64,000 nt of DNA from Parasitella parasitica NRRL 2501 (taxonomy: Eukaryota > Fungi > Mucoromycota): positions 215,466-279,465 of the forward strand of contig MU619265.1 in assembly GCA_025201805.1 (NCBI GenBank). The letters are read 5' to 3'. How positions within the stretch are numbered: position 1 is the first letter of the stretch; every line of letters begins with the position of its first letter. Below are positions 40,686-54,293 of the stretch, piece by piece. The notes beneath the pieces are model-generated. The model worked only from the letters and a program-made list of their open reading frames with translations, was not told the origin of the DNA and did no database searches. The translations under genes were made by a program, and so were the position numbers.

Positions 40686-42792
40686 TTACAATTTGCCAGC
40701 CTGATTAGTATTGGCATAGTTAGGAGACCACATTCGTGCAGTAACATAATTCAAAATTTCTGCATGTGATTTGCAGTGCATCATCATATCTTGCGACGTG
40801 GCTAAATTTTCGTTCAAAGTCTCTTGACAAACAGCTGCCGCGACAATAGCAGATACGCTACGGATACGCTTCAGTGAGGGATACAGCCACCCCTTGTCGA
40901 TTTCTTCTTTTGTCAATGAGTCTGCGAGTGCCTTGGATGCCTCGTAAATCATGCGGTCAGAAATATGCTTGGGTTTTGCTAAAACTGCACCAAGGCCCAA
41001 GCCAGGGAAAATGTACATATTGTTGCCTTGGCCAGGGTACTTGATTTCACCAGTAGATTTGATCGTGTATGCAGGGAACGCAGTGCCAGATGCAAAAATT
41101 ACCTTGTTATTGGTGGCCTCCATAGCTTGCTCAAACGTGCATTCGGCTTGTGTGGCTGGATTGGACAGTGGGAACACAATAGGCTGTTCGTTGAGCGATG
41201 CCATACGCTCAAGAACCTGCGTATTAAACGCGCCAGTTGTGGAAGACAATCCGATCAAACTGCGAAATTATTAGTACTTGGCATGCCTAGACACCTAGAA
41301 TACTAGCTTACATTGTGGGCTTGACATAGTTTACAATGTCGATTAATTCTTTAAACTGTTGGCCCTGATTGTCATCTCTTGCAAAATAGACCTTGTGTTG
41401 AGCTAATTTATCGCCTCGTGTTGAGGTAATAAGACCCTACTAAAGAGTTAGCATAGACTCATGAGCCTTGTCATGAGCTGTGTTAAGGCTAACCTTGGAA
41501 TCTACAATCCAGAATACATCCTTCGCTTCAGCTTCAGTCATATTGTGTTCGATTTGGAAATAGCTTTGGATTTGGCGAGCAACACCGATAGCGGCTGAGC
41601 CAGCGCCATAAAAGATAATGCGATGATGACGAGGAGACACTCGGTCTTCTTTCTCGACCTTACGTATGGCATTGATGACACCAGAGAGAATGACAGCACC
41701 TGTGCCTTGGATATCGTCATTGAAGCAAAGCATTTGATTTTGGTACTTTTCCAAAAGGCCAAACGCATGTTCAGAAGACCAATCTTCGAACTGAACAAGT
41801 AATTTAGGATACACAGTGTGCAATGCCGTCAAAACAGTATCGACGGTTTGATAAAACTGTGTAAAATAATAGGTTGGCCGTCGTCAAAAAATGGGATGTG
41901 TCGCAAGATTTTATACGTACCTCTTCGTCACTGGGTCGCTTTTGACGAAGACCAATGTAGAACTCGTCATTGAGCAGCTTCTCATTGTTTGTGCCCAAAT
42001 CTAGAATGATAGGCAATGTGCGACGAGGGTCGATGCCGGCACCAGCAACATAGAGCTGAAGCTTGCCAATAGGGATACCGATACCATTGGTTCCCAAATC
42101 TCCAAGGCCTAAAATTCTAGATCCATCCGAGATAACAGCAATCTCTGGGTCAAATCCCTCTATATCTGAAGGACGATAGTTGCGAATAGTTTGGCATAGG
42201 TCCGGTAATTCGGCTTTAGTGAGATAAAGTCCATCCGATACACCAGGAGCAGCCAAGAAAGGGTAGATGGTCGAGTATTCCAGACATGCAGTACCTACTG
42301 TTGGGGTGTAGATCACTGGTGCCAATTCCTGGTTGTAAAACGTGATAATTAGTCATAAAGTTACATTTATTTGGCCTTGTCAGTCTTTTTGTACCTCTAA
42401 TTCATCAATGACAATTTTGTAGAATAATCGAACATTGGTAGTACGAAGCTGAGCCATCAAGATGTACTTCTCCAACAGATTGGGTTTAGAACGAAGCACT
42501 TGCAACGCGCGAGCCTTTTGGATCTCCAATGTCTCGACACCGGCGGGCAAAAGGCCATTCAGCCCAAGTTTCTGGCGTTTTGCATGATTCATTGCAGTGC
42601 CTATAAATTCAATGCGTTAGTTTGCATGCATTAAAAAAAAAAAAAAAAACGAACAAGTTTGTCGTACTTGCCTTCATTTAAATAGCCTGATCTAGATATC
42701 AAATCAGTTGTAGCAACTTGCTGCTGTTCCCCGTCTTCTTGCAGCTTGGTAGAGGACAATTTGTTACGAACAAAGTCAATAATTGGAGACAT
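40686..42792 (-). CDS. malA: Malic enzyme (NAD(P)-dependent), Mucor malA-like
   Basis: PVIYTPTVG, DGSRILGLGDLG, VQFED, FNDDIQGTG, GAGSAAIG, LSNP and GQGNNMYIFPG. N-terminus MSPIIDFVRNKLSSTKL resembles Mucor malic enzyme. Confidence 0.93.
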
Positions 42793-44315
42793 TTTATATA
42801 TATATCGATAAAGATATTAAAGAAGCCTAATCCCGGCATTTTGAAGCTTCTTTAAATAGGCCTTTACTATCACGAGCCTCGGCATGATGAAAATGACATG
42901 AATCAATGTGATTGGCAGAATGACATGTTGAATCACAACTTGCAAAGGTCAAATGCTCGCATGCCATTTGCTTAAAGCATTGAAATAGTGGTCACTGGGT
43001 GATCCCGAAGACATGAACTGAATGCACATGTTTATTTTCTCACCGTTCAAAAATAGAGTGGAACTCCAAGTTTGGAGATTGCTCCTTGGAACAAACTGTG
43101 TCTAATGCAGGTTGTTTTTTTCTATAAGTAAAATGCCCCAATTTCAGCATTTTGAATTATTAGTTGTTGGGGGAGATTGAGAAATGCGTTTTGAGATGTT
43201 GCAACTAGTGTTAATCTGTTAAACTTGACGCTATCTTCATCTCATGAGCGACCCACTCAATCACCGTAAAGGTCCAAATTATGTACGCTGAGTAAGGTTA
43301 ATTTATCAGTCTTTTTTTTTTCAGATCAGACCATGTTTAGATACAAGATAGTGACAAATGTACTAAGCCAATGAGCAAAATTTATCGAGTTTGGTACTCT
43401 TGTTGATTTGTTTGCATGTCCTACTTCCAAATGGCGAAATGAACAAGCATTTATTCGATATTCTTGGTGATTCCACCTGAAAACACATGTCAATTGTTGT
43501 TTAGTTGAATCCGATATTCACAGGTACTATGGTATCCAATCGAAGTTGATTAGAGTCTTGTAAATTGTGGTGCATCGAGATCTTAAAACGCCAATGTTTT
43601 ACTAAAACTAACGGATACTTCTTCACTATGCTGCTTGAATGGTTATTTATTAGTAGAAAACCATGCTACGCAAATATTTCTATTATACACATACAATCGA
43701 CAAGTAAATCATGTGCACCATAACATGTGCTATAGATAATCGCTAGATCATGTAAGGTTACGGTATCCTCTTTGATCGCAGCTCAAATGTCGTTTATACC
43801 AAAATACATGTACAAGGATCTGTTACAATCAAAACTACACGACACGGCATATTTAGATTATTTAGATTACTTACTGGATGACTTGATATATAACAAAAGT
43901 TGTTTGCAAAAAAAAAAATGCTTACCATGGCCTGTATACACGCTACTAAATCTACAATATCAATTCCTGTGATTAAAGGAAAAATGAACTACCACAATGG
44001 CGTTAAACTGTTTACAGAGACGTAAACTATTTCCCAACAGTAATAACAAATGTATTTTTTTTCTCTCGGAATCAGTGCATTCTTCCTAGGGAAAATGGAT
44101 AGTTATGTATCTACTTTATTGTCACAATCTTATCATATGCTGCATTTTCGTAAAATAAGCTTAGTTTTGCAATAACAAACATTTGATTAATATAAAGCTA
44201 TTGGGGCAAATGCACAAAAATAAGTATTATAATAAACTGTATGTATATGTATGTATTTATATGAAATGTCTATATAACGAGATGCTAGGTATATTGCCAA
44301 TATCAGCAGAACTAA

Positions 44316-46450
44316 TTAATCAACTTCTTCCATGGACGAGTTGTACCTCCAATCCATCATCGATGAACTGTTATTATTAGTATTAGTATTATCTGAAGCA
44401 CCGTGGTCATACGAGTCTTGCATAATGGGTGATCGACTTGCTCGGAACTGATCCAAAACGTATTGATCCATTGAATTCCTTGTTGGTTGGAAATATCTAT
44501 TGCCGTTTCTTGAACTTGTGCTGTAATTCAACGGGATCGTATCAAGCGTATTTGGCGTTAATATAGTTGCAATTGATCTATGGAAGGCACCGTCTCTTTC
44601 TTCGCTTGACTCAATATTGCCACGGACTGTCTCTTCCCGGTTCTGTTCAGTGGCGGGATATAAGCCCTCATAAGCAACATTCGCATCAATTAAACTTCTT
44701 GATAATAACGCAGACGAAATAGATCTCTCAAAGTCATTGACAATGTCTTCAAACGAGTCATCATCTGTGTGATATATTTCGTCTTGGCTTTGCTCACTAT
44801 TTATTTGTGACCCTTCGTACTCAACATTTTCACTTTGATCGCTCTCTGTTTCGAATTGATCACTATCTAATTCAACAAAAGTAAGTCTTCCGGCTTTAAA
44901 TATATAAACAGTTAGCAATTTACATAGTGCTACCTGTGAAATACAGATATACCTTGGAGTATCGAAGATGATGCAGAGGAGGGCAATGGAGGTGTCGAAA
45001 CGGCTGAATCCGTAGAGGCAGACGGATGTGTGCTGTGTTGCTGTCTTTCTTGCTGCTCTTCATGTACTTCTTGATTTGGTTGTGCTTGTTCATACTGTTG
45101 GTCTTTGTCTGCAGGGTGTCGACTAAGTTCAAGGAGAAAAAAACACTGTTTAATACGACTTATTGAGATAAACCGTTTGGACATTTACCATATCGGACAG
45201 GAAACATTGACAGTAAACCATTTCGTTATACAAACGCCATGGTATTTGTGTTGGCAAGGCAAATGGAATATTTCATTTGTCGATCCATACATTTCTTGGC
45301 AAATAATACATTCATCGTGCACAGCTAAACAATGCATTATTTAGTAAATATTTGGAAAAATTAACGCTCGGGTTACCTGGATCAGATGGGTCTAAACATG
45401 ATATTTTCAAACTCTTCACTATGGCATCTACAGTGCTTGCAGGCGTATTTGGCGTTTGCTGCTGTCGCACCCTACAAATTCTATTACTATCAGTCTATTT
45501 TGCATAGTTAACACGCACTCACTCTGATGTGTAATCTGATAAAATGTCGGCCAAATTATCCAAAAAGCTTCTCCTGTGATAATTGCTCTCCCCTTCATCA
45601 GAGTCATCGTCAGACCGATAATTATACATTGTGCTGTAATTTCAGGTTAGCGTACAAACTTGTTAAAAGTAGTAGAGATAAGTAGCTTACTCCAGTAATC
45701 TTCCAAATCGAGTAAATGGCAATTGGAATAGGCTTTCTGTTTCGGGCTGTGGCAATATCGATGCTTCCCACGTTCTATCTGCATCTGGCGGATCCAATTC
45801 ATTCTCATCATTCATTGTTCTCTGCTCGAATCGAACATCATACGAAATAATATCTCGATCTTGTTCATCTTCAGTGACCTCCTCCTCCTCCTCTTCCCGT
45901 TCCTCTCTTTGTGCCTCTTGAAATAATCTATCAGCTAATCGCCTATTCGTGGTTGGAGTTGTATCTGATCTCGGTGATGTTGTGAAGGGATTCGTGCTAG
46001 TACTAGTAAAATTTCTAGCGATAGGGTGATTGTACATTGATGACAATTGCTCAAATAAACATCTCTCCTCTAACGCCTCTTCATCATCATCTTCGTCCTC
46101 GTCCTCATCCTCGTCCTCGTCAAAATTGGCTTCATCTTGAGCTTGTTCTTGCGCAAGTATGTTATCTAGAAGGCGAATGGATACATTAACTTGATTGCAG
46201 TCGTTCTCATAGGCATTACATACAATACAGATCAATTTCTGAGAAAAACTCTTGCAATTCTTCCTCTTCGCTGCTTTCTTCACTAATGATCGGTATCTAT
46301 ACGCACAGAGTAAATGGAAAGCGCATTTTTGCACTTCAAGTCATATATATAACGTACCGAATCTATCATTTCACTTCCACATACGGCACAAGATAATGGG
46401 TTGTAAAGCAAGTCTCTTCTCTGTGCACATTCATGGCAATAATAAGACAT
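44316..46450 (-). CDS. RING-H2 E3 ligase with N-terminal zinc ribbon (RNF126/RNF115-like)
   Basis: MSYYCHEC...CAVCGSEMI zinc ribbon, PPAST-like TPASTVDAI, and RING-H2 CIICQE...LPCQHKYHGVCITKW...SCPIC. The final exon ends SSMEEVD*. Confidence 0.85.
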
Positions 46451-47106
46451 GTCTAAATTTCCAATGATGTAAGAGAGGGAAACTGGTAAAAAGGAGCTAG
46501 AACAATTCTTGCATTTTGCGTCATTGATAGCTTTTGAGAAGTTTAAAAACATCACGTGCGAGTGTGCAATGTACTGTATTTGACTAGAAAGTTTATTACA
46601 TGACTATATACAGAAGCTCTTTCCCGGTGCGGACCACCCCCCCCCCCTTAGATTGATTGGAATGATTTCGTTTTCAAAATTATAGATATCCTCATGCATA
46701 TTCATAAGCCCGTTAAGTGATTGCAAGATGAGCCTTTTTTTTTTTGAGGCTGGATGCCAGTAAATCTGACAATTGATCATATCATGGCAACTAAAATTTG
46801 AATCCCCTTCCTTAGCAACCAGGCACCAAAAGGGGCATTTTGTACAAATGAAAAACACATGGTTGAATGCATGGAAGACTGAAGTGGAAATTGAGCTTGT
46901 TTTTTTTTCCATCATGTACAGCTTTTGTAAAATTAATCGTTGAAAAGTATAGATTTAAGTATCTAATTTACAGTTGATTAGTGATAAAAAAGTACAATTT
47001 ATTTCGTTTCATGAAAATACAGCAAACGGGATATATAAATAATATACATGAGATAATAAAGAAGTGATATAGTTAACGATTATGACAAAAGAGGGAATCT
47101 ATGATT

Positions 47107-48261
47107 TCAAAAACTGTGGTGGTGGCTATTGGCAGCAGCTATTGGCAACAACCTTGTGTTATTAACAGGATTCAAATGCTGCGAAAAGGTATCATAGTGA
47201 TGATGGTGGCCTAAACCATCTATGTTGCAGCTTGTTGTTCTATTGTTACTAATACTGCTCGTGCTTGTAGAGCTATTAATAACCCAAGGCAGTGTAAATT
47301 CAGTAGATGAAGACATTCTAGGTGATGAAAAAGGCGGTATATTCACTTGACGCCCATTTGATTGTTGCCTTGGCGATTGTAATGGAAGAGGTAGAGGTTG
47401 AGCAATTACTTCATTTGGAGAAGGTGGTGATGACGATGAAGAATAACGAATTTTAAAACTTGCAGTAATTCGTTTGAGAAACCCAACTGACGTTGATGTT
47501 GTGATGTCAGTTGGTGAAGGTATAGGTGATGATAAATTGAATGGCATGGACGGTAATATAGGCGTTGGTGGAGGCGAATTTAAATAAGATTCCGTGCTAG
47601 TAGTTATTATCGGGCTACTCTTTCGTCTCTTGATGAAACTCTTCTTTTTCGTGGAGCAACACAGTCTAGTTGGATCTGTTGCAAATGGTATAAATGCACT
47701 GATTCTTAATAACTCTACAACATCACTGCAGGCGGGAAATAATAGCGCAGGGTGATACAATCGTTGTGTTTGGTATGACTGTAATAATTGATGGCGAACT
47801 TCATAATGTATGTTGATTTCTTGGGGGGCATTTGACAAGATAAATTCTTTCAAGATAGCTTCAAATTTCTGAATCAAGGTATCAAACCAAAGCTGCTCTT
47901 GAGCAGTCAATATATGTTTTGTGTTTGTGGAAAAGTCGAATGTGCGACTATCTGATAAGATAGCAGGAGTCATCTTTGATGAGTGCAATGCTGATTCATC
48001 AAAATGAACACCGAAAAAAGCAGCGCAATGATCTTTATAATCAGTTACTGCTTCATAAAATAACAAATTTTCGCTACAGTAAGTTGATTTTAAATATTCC
48101 GAGAAATCTTTCAAGCTGAAAGGTGGAGGCGTCTGATCTAACAACACCATTTCCAGTGTCAATCCTTCTGGCGCTGAAATAGCCATGTCATTAGTTGCTG
48201 TTGTTGAAGAATATGAAGAAAAGCCATTCAAGGCCTTTTGAGCGATGTCTGAAAATACCAT
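47107..48261 (-). CDS. RGS-domain protein
   Basis: PPPFSLKDFSEYLKSTYCSENLLFYEAV...EFILSNAPQEINI is an RGS core; Ser/Pro-rich tail. Confidence 0.88.
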   Translation of the reverse strand: MVFSDIAQKALNGFSSYSSTTATNDMAISAPEGLTLEMVLLDQTPPPFSLKDFSEYLKSTYCSENLLFYEAVTDYKDHCAAFFGVHFDESALHSSKMTPAILSDSRTFDFSTNTKHILTAQEQLWFDTLIQKFEAILKEFILSNAPQEINIHYEVRHQLLQSYQTQRLYHPALLFPACSDVVELLRISAFIPFATDPTRLCCSTKKKSFIKRRKSSPIITTSTESYLNSPPPTPILPSMPFNLSSPIPSPTDITTSTSVGFLKRITASFKIRYSSSSSPPSPNEVIAQPLPLPLQSPRQQSNGRQVNIPPFSSPRMSSSTEFTLPWVINSSTSTSSISNNRTTSCNIDGLGHHHHYDTFSQHLNPVNNTRLLPIAAANSHHHSF

Positions 48262-48398
48262 AGTGACATTCAGATGAACTGATTCAAGAAGAAAAAAAAA
48301 AAAAAGGGAAACAAATGTGTGTGAAGATATTCACAAGGAATGTGTGTTGTACAAGAGCATGCTGATGTGACCATTTATTAATAGTACACTTGTCGCAT

Positions 48399-49277
48399 CT
48401 AATAAACCATCTTTGTTGACCATCCTGCTTCTGAATCCTGTATCACTTGAACAACTTGATCTACGTCCTCTACTGGTTTATCTTTTAAAAGCCAATTTTT
48501 TGCACTCGAGTATTTATATGCCAGCCTTGGATTAAGGCCTAGTGCCTCTAATTTGTTCCATAGTAACAGCCGCTTGCTGTTGGTGTGGATGATCAATCTG
48601 CTCGTATCATTCAGAATATAATCAGTAACAGAATCAGTGTATTCGTCGTACTGATTTATGCCTTCTTCTTCTAAAAGCATGCTACGCAGTGCCTGATATC
48701 TCTCTGGAAACAGTGATAAAGGCAATCCTAAATTGTCTTTGATAAAGCCTCCCAGTAGCCATGAGAAATTGATCATGACTGAATCAATCACAATGGTGCC
48801 ATCGTCTTCAAATGAGAATTTAATAATTAAGCCTCGATCACTAATGTATTGGTGGCTGCGCTTTTTATTTCTGTGAGGCAATGCATATACATGCTCCAAT
48901 GGTGCATTATATCTCGTATGAAACATCACCAGAGCACGATCCTGTAGACTGAGATGCCGGACATATCCTAAAGCAGGTTGACGCCATTTGCTAAACACTA
49001 CTTGTAATTGGTTTCCACTGATCTGTGTTGGTTGCGATGATCGAAATGTCATCATTTGGTGCTGGCAATCGTAGTTTGCAGGCTCCAACTCTGTCTCGTC
49101 TTTTCCCACTTTGATGAGGAGTACCTCTTTTTGGCTTTCTCCTAGTCTCGATTTGATTAGATGGAATAGATGATATTCGCATTGAGCCTTCCAGAACTGG
49201 GACACTGCGCGGAGCTGATAAGTCTCTTTCTCTGATAGATGATTCAGTATTTCAAGAAAAATTTCTGCTGCAAACAT
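48399..49277 (-). CDS. F-box protein
   Basis: N-terminal F-box AEIFLEILNHLSEKETYQLRAVSQFWK; intronless 292 aa. Confidence 0.8.
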   Translation of the reverse strand: MFAAEIFLEILNHLSEKETYQLRAVSQFWKAQCEYHLFHLIKSRLGESQKEVLLIKVGKDETELEPANYDCQHQMMTFRSSQPTQISGNQLQVVFSKWRQPALGYVRHLSLQDRALVMFHTRYNAPLEHVYALPHRNKKRSHQYISDRGLIIKFSFEDDGTIVIDSVMINFSWLLGGFIKDNLGLPLSLFPERYQALRSMLLEEEGINQYDEYTDSVTDYILNDTSRLIIHTNSKRLLLWNKLEALGLNPRLAYKYSSAKNWLLKDKPVEDVDQVVQVIQDSEAGWSTKMVY

Positions 49278-49779
49278 ATGCTGTTTTCGACATTAAAGAT
49301 GAAAAGGAGAATTATGTTGCATCCATACATTAATATATGTGCTGTATTTATGTGGCTGTGTGAGATAGAGTTTCAACTTGCTGCTGCGGTACCTGAAACT
49401 TTTGCATATATAGTACGTGTCATGAATACAAAACGACACATCACTTGAAGAAAAGGCGCAAATGCTTGCTGTTATCTGCCATGTGAAACTAGGATATCCC
49501 TCACATTGTACAAAATGCCTTTCGTGCACAAGTATGCTAGCTGTATAACATCCCATGTGTTTATAGTACATTTAGTCCAGCCAGTTTGATATTGTATAAA
49601 CACAATTTTAATGCTTTATTATATATATTATATATAATTGTGTGTGTGTGTGTAATATTTGGATGATGAGGTTTTTTTTTGTTACATATAATATATACAG
49701 TACATATATATTATAAATATGTGCAGAGAGTTATCATTTACATAAAATGCAGGGAATAGATTGCATGAAAATGATTGAT

Positions 49780-51577
49780 TTAGGTAATGACAGTGGGCTC
49801 CTTGCGACCAGTGAAGTTTTCAAGTTCAGACAATTCTAAAGCAACATCGATCAAAGGCTTCAGTCCGACTTGAGCATCATCAGCATATTCAGCAGCATTG
49901 TTAGAATACTTTTCTACATAGAGACGTACAGTAGCGCCTTGAGACCCAGTTCCAGAGAGACGAATGATGATGCGAGAACCATCCTTAAAGATAATACGGA
50001 TGCCTTGGTTCTTGGAAACACTTCCATCAATAGGGTCCAAATACTCGAAATCATCGGCCTTAGCAATAGTAAAACCACCTACAGTTTTGTTTTCTAGTTC
50101 CTTCTTGGAAATTTGATCGCGAAGACGGTTCACCATTTCTTCAGCACGCTGGCCATCGACCTCCTCGTAATCGTATCTGGAGAAGAAGTTGCGGCCATAC
50201 ACCTTGTAATGCGCTTGAAGAATATCTTGAACGCCGGCTTTCTTTTCTTTGTTGACGTGAGCAATGATACTCAACCAAGCTATTTTACAATCGTAATGTC
50301 AGAATTACATAAGCATAATTCAGAAAATCTTACCTAAAACAGCCCAAAGACCATCCTTCTCACGGATATGATCAGAACCAGTGCCAAATGACTCTTCGCC
50401 ACAGATAGAGCAGCGACCAGCGTCCATCAAATTGCCAAAAAACTTCCAGCCAGTAGGTACCTCAAAATTCTCGACACCCATCTTCTTAGCAACCAGGTCA
50501 ATGGCTTGAGAAGTAGGCATGGAGCGAGCTAAACCGTTGACGCCATGCTTCTTGAAGTAAGGGATAGCTTCCTTGGCGTAATGAGCAATGATTGCGACGC
50601 TGTCGGAGGGAGTAACAAAGGCCTTCTTGCCGATAATCATGTTACGGTCGCCGTCACCATCAGAAGCAGCACCAAAATCGAGGCCTTGCTTCTCAACAGC
50701 TTCTACCAAATCATGAGCATAAGTCAAGTTGGGATCGGGATGAGCGCCACCAAAGTCAGGCTTGGGAACACAACGCATGACACTAGATTCAGGAAGGCCG
50801 AATTCCTCAACAAACAGGCGATAGCCATAAGGGCCTGTCACACCATTCATTCCATCAAACAGCATTTTGAAGTCCTTGTTGTTTTCAAAGAAAGACTTGA
50901 TGGTACCGAAATCGAAAATCTCCTTCATCAACTCCACATAGTCATCCACACCATCGATGATCTCGATTGTCAAATTGCCAACCTGCTGAGTGCCCAACTT
51001 GGAGAAATCAACCTTGGGAGCGTCACCTAGCTTGAGCTCCTTGATGGTCTTTGAGAGCTCATAAATCTTGTTGGTTACAGATTCGGGAGCAGGGCCACCA
51101 TTGGAGCAATTGTACTTGATGCCAAAGTCGTTGTCAGGTCCGCCTGGATTGTGAGAAGCGGTCAAGAGGATACCGCCAGTAGCCTTACGCTTACGGATAA
51201 TGTTGGAAGCAGCAGGTGTAGATACAATGCCGTTGCGACCGACGATCAATTTGGAGACCTAAGTATGATAACGCGTTCAGTCAATTGAAACCTGCGTTAA
51301 TGAACACACACACACACACACAACTTACACCTTGACCCAAGCTACACTTGACAATAACTTGGAGCACCTGATCAGAGTAATAACGGCCATCACCGCCAAC
51401 AACAAGGGTGGCACCCTTTGCACCGCCGTCTACCTGAGGAATAGCCTCGAGCATGGCCTGGATAAAGTTCTCTGTATAATGTTTTTGCTCAAATACCTTG
51501 ACACGTTTTCTAAGGCCAGAGGTGCCGGGTTTTTGGCCCTCAAAAGGTTCAGTAGAGATAGTTTGAATGTTTACCAT
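49780..51577 (-). CDS. PGM: Phosphoglucomutase
   Basis: [11 protein letters not shown], phosphoserine motif TASHNP, metal loop DGDGDR, CGEESFG and RLSGTGS; two introns. Confidence 0.97.
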
Positions 51578-52354
51578 AGTAGAAACGCAATCAAGACAAT
51601 GCAGTTTAAAAGAAAGTTAAGCAAGAAAAGAAAAGCTAGATCTCAATAGTATTTGTCTGCTTTTTATACTTTATGCTTTTTTTTCCACTGGAGTATCCGG
51701 GAGTTCAAATGTTTGTTACAGCCGAGAAACTCCCAGATAAACCAAGATTATGGCGATACGCATATAATACACCGTATAATCTCCAGCATGAAACACGTTT
51801 GTTTGTGTGTGCACAATGACCTTTATTTGGGGCTGTTGGTGTAGAAATTGATCCTAATTGATCCCCAGTATTTTTTTTTTTTTGATGCTGCTAGCTTTTG
51901 GAATCTCGTTCAACGTTACATTCAGGTATTGAATCATAATTATGTGTTTCTATCCATTTTAAAAGCCGGGCAAACAACCCTTGAAATCTTACGCGGGTCT
52001 TTTTATGCTGATTTCCACAGATAAAATCGTGCCTATTTATCAGCTCTTTTAATGCATAAATAGTGAATTTGCATCAACGATTTCAAGCGTATAAAAAGCT
52101 TGGGCCATTTGGAACGATCACCTTTAAGAAAACAACATTGAGTAAGAGTATCTCATTGAGTTGATCAGAATCGCTTCGTTCTTCCCACTCTGCATTGATA
52201 GTAACACTAATTCTCAGCTGACGCGTGAGTCTAGTAGTCGGCATCCATCACGCAGCAGTTGCTCCACTATTTTTAACAGCATAATTACAACCTGCTGGGC
52301 TTTTTTTCCTCCTTTCTTTTTAACTTTTGTCGATAAATATATCCATCAAACAAT

Positions 52355-53699
52355 ATGTCTGTACAAGATGCCTATAATAAAGTCTTTTCAAACTTTCAAA
52401 AAGTTCGAGACTACCTTGCTCCTGTCTTGAAAGACTCCAAGTTCAAGGAAACCGGCTGTTTAACACCAGATGAGGTTTCTATCTGCTACTGCTTGCTTTT
52501 TTTCGCCCTGTGTTCTGACTTTTGCGTAGTTTGTAGCCGCTGGAGACTTTTTGGTTTACAAGTGTCGCACATGGAAATGGTATTGATTTCAGTTCAAGTG
52601 TGCTTGAAGACTAGGTAAACTAATAGGTTTATAGGGAGGCAGGTGTTGAAGATAAAAAAAGAGACTACTTGCCCAGTGATAAACAATTTCTAGTTACTCN
52701 NNNNNNNNNNNNNNNNNNNNNNNNAAAAAAAAAAAAAAAAAAAAAAAAAAACTGCTGGCATTTTACACAATATAGTCATACTGATCGCACTTGGATCTAG
52801 TGCCATGTATTCGCAGAGCCCGTCAGATGGAATACACTGAGGACGATTCAGAGACTCAGATCAAAGATGAAATGGACGATGATGGCGATGACTGGATGTT
52901 TACGCATAGCAATAGGGTTACAAAGACGATGGATGAAATTGCTCAAACAATCATGACTGAGGAAGAAGAAGAGGCTGAGATAAGAAAAGAACTAGATAAA
53001 CTAAACGTTGAAGATATCCCTGATCTCGAAGATGTACCTGACATGGATGATATCCCTGATATGGATGATCAAGTGGACGAGGAGGATGATCCTGTGAGTT
53101 ATAAAGAGCGCTTTCAAACGAAAATATGCTGACGGTTAATGTTCGATATAGTCTGTTTTGAACAATGTGAAAAGTAGCAAGTTAGAAATATCTACTCACT
53201 ATTACCCGTAAACGCTTTTACTAACCTATACAAATATAGTGACAAAGTGTTACAAGTTCGAACTTATGATGTCTTTATCACCTATGACAAATACTATCAA
53301 ACTCCTCGTATATGGTTATTTGGTTATGATGAAGAGCGCCGTCCTTTAACATCAACCCAAGTGTTTGAAGATGTATCTCCTGATTATGTCAAAAAGACAG
53401 TTACTATTGAGGCACATCCTCACTTGCCCCTTAGCTTAGCCTCTATTCATCCTTGCAAACATGCTGAAGTCATGAAGAAAATTATTGAAAGGATGGGTGA
53501 TGGCAAGTCTGTAGGTCTTGGAAGAAGTGAAGGCAGTAATGAAGAAGAAACTGGAATACGTGTAGACCAGTAAGTGCTTAAAGTCAAAAGAATAGGCAAA
53601 CCCTAAATTCGTTTTTCTTGTAGGTATTTAATTATTTTCTTGAAATTCATGAGCTCTGTCATTCCTACTATCGATTATGATCATACAATTAGTACATAG
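52355..53699 (+). CDS. ATG3: Autophagy E2-like enzyme Atg3
   Basis: [45 protein letters not shown], catalytic [10 protein letters not shown] and [15 protein letters not shown]; stop at 53697-53699. Confidence 0.96.
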
Positions 53700-54293
53700 A
53701 GTATGGGAAATATCAACGCGTAGCGTCCTCGACTAGCTTGAAAACCCTATTGAGCTCCTATTAATGGATATTATATTCTTGATTTTGTATTTCTGTCTTC
53801 TAATAAAGAGAGGCATTTAATCTGAAAGATCAAGTTTGTGATGTGTCTGGACCTCTAGACCAACAGTAATAACATAATGCCATTGTTTTTCGTGGTTTTT
53901 AGAATACCAGCAAAGTTATCAAATGTATCTAATGTATTTATCAGCACCGAATAAATGTAGTTGATGGCTACCTGCAAGACTTTTCCGCTCTTTAAAAACC
54001 ATTTTTGATGGACAAATTCAAATCGCAAACAAAACGCTATCTTGATGGAATATACAGTTGCAAATCCTCAAAGTAGCTGATTTTACCAGCCATATTTAGA
54101 AATAGTTTGATTTACATGTTATTGCATTCACTCCCATGAAAAACTTGCCCATTCAAAGAACAATTGATACACGAATTGTTCGGTTAATTTTACTGGAATT
54201 CTATGATTGAAATATTAAACTGAAGTTGTTGCTTTAGTTTCTTGATTTATTCATAAAATTAAAGGATAAAAGCTCTCCCTGCTTTCTTGACAC

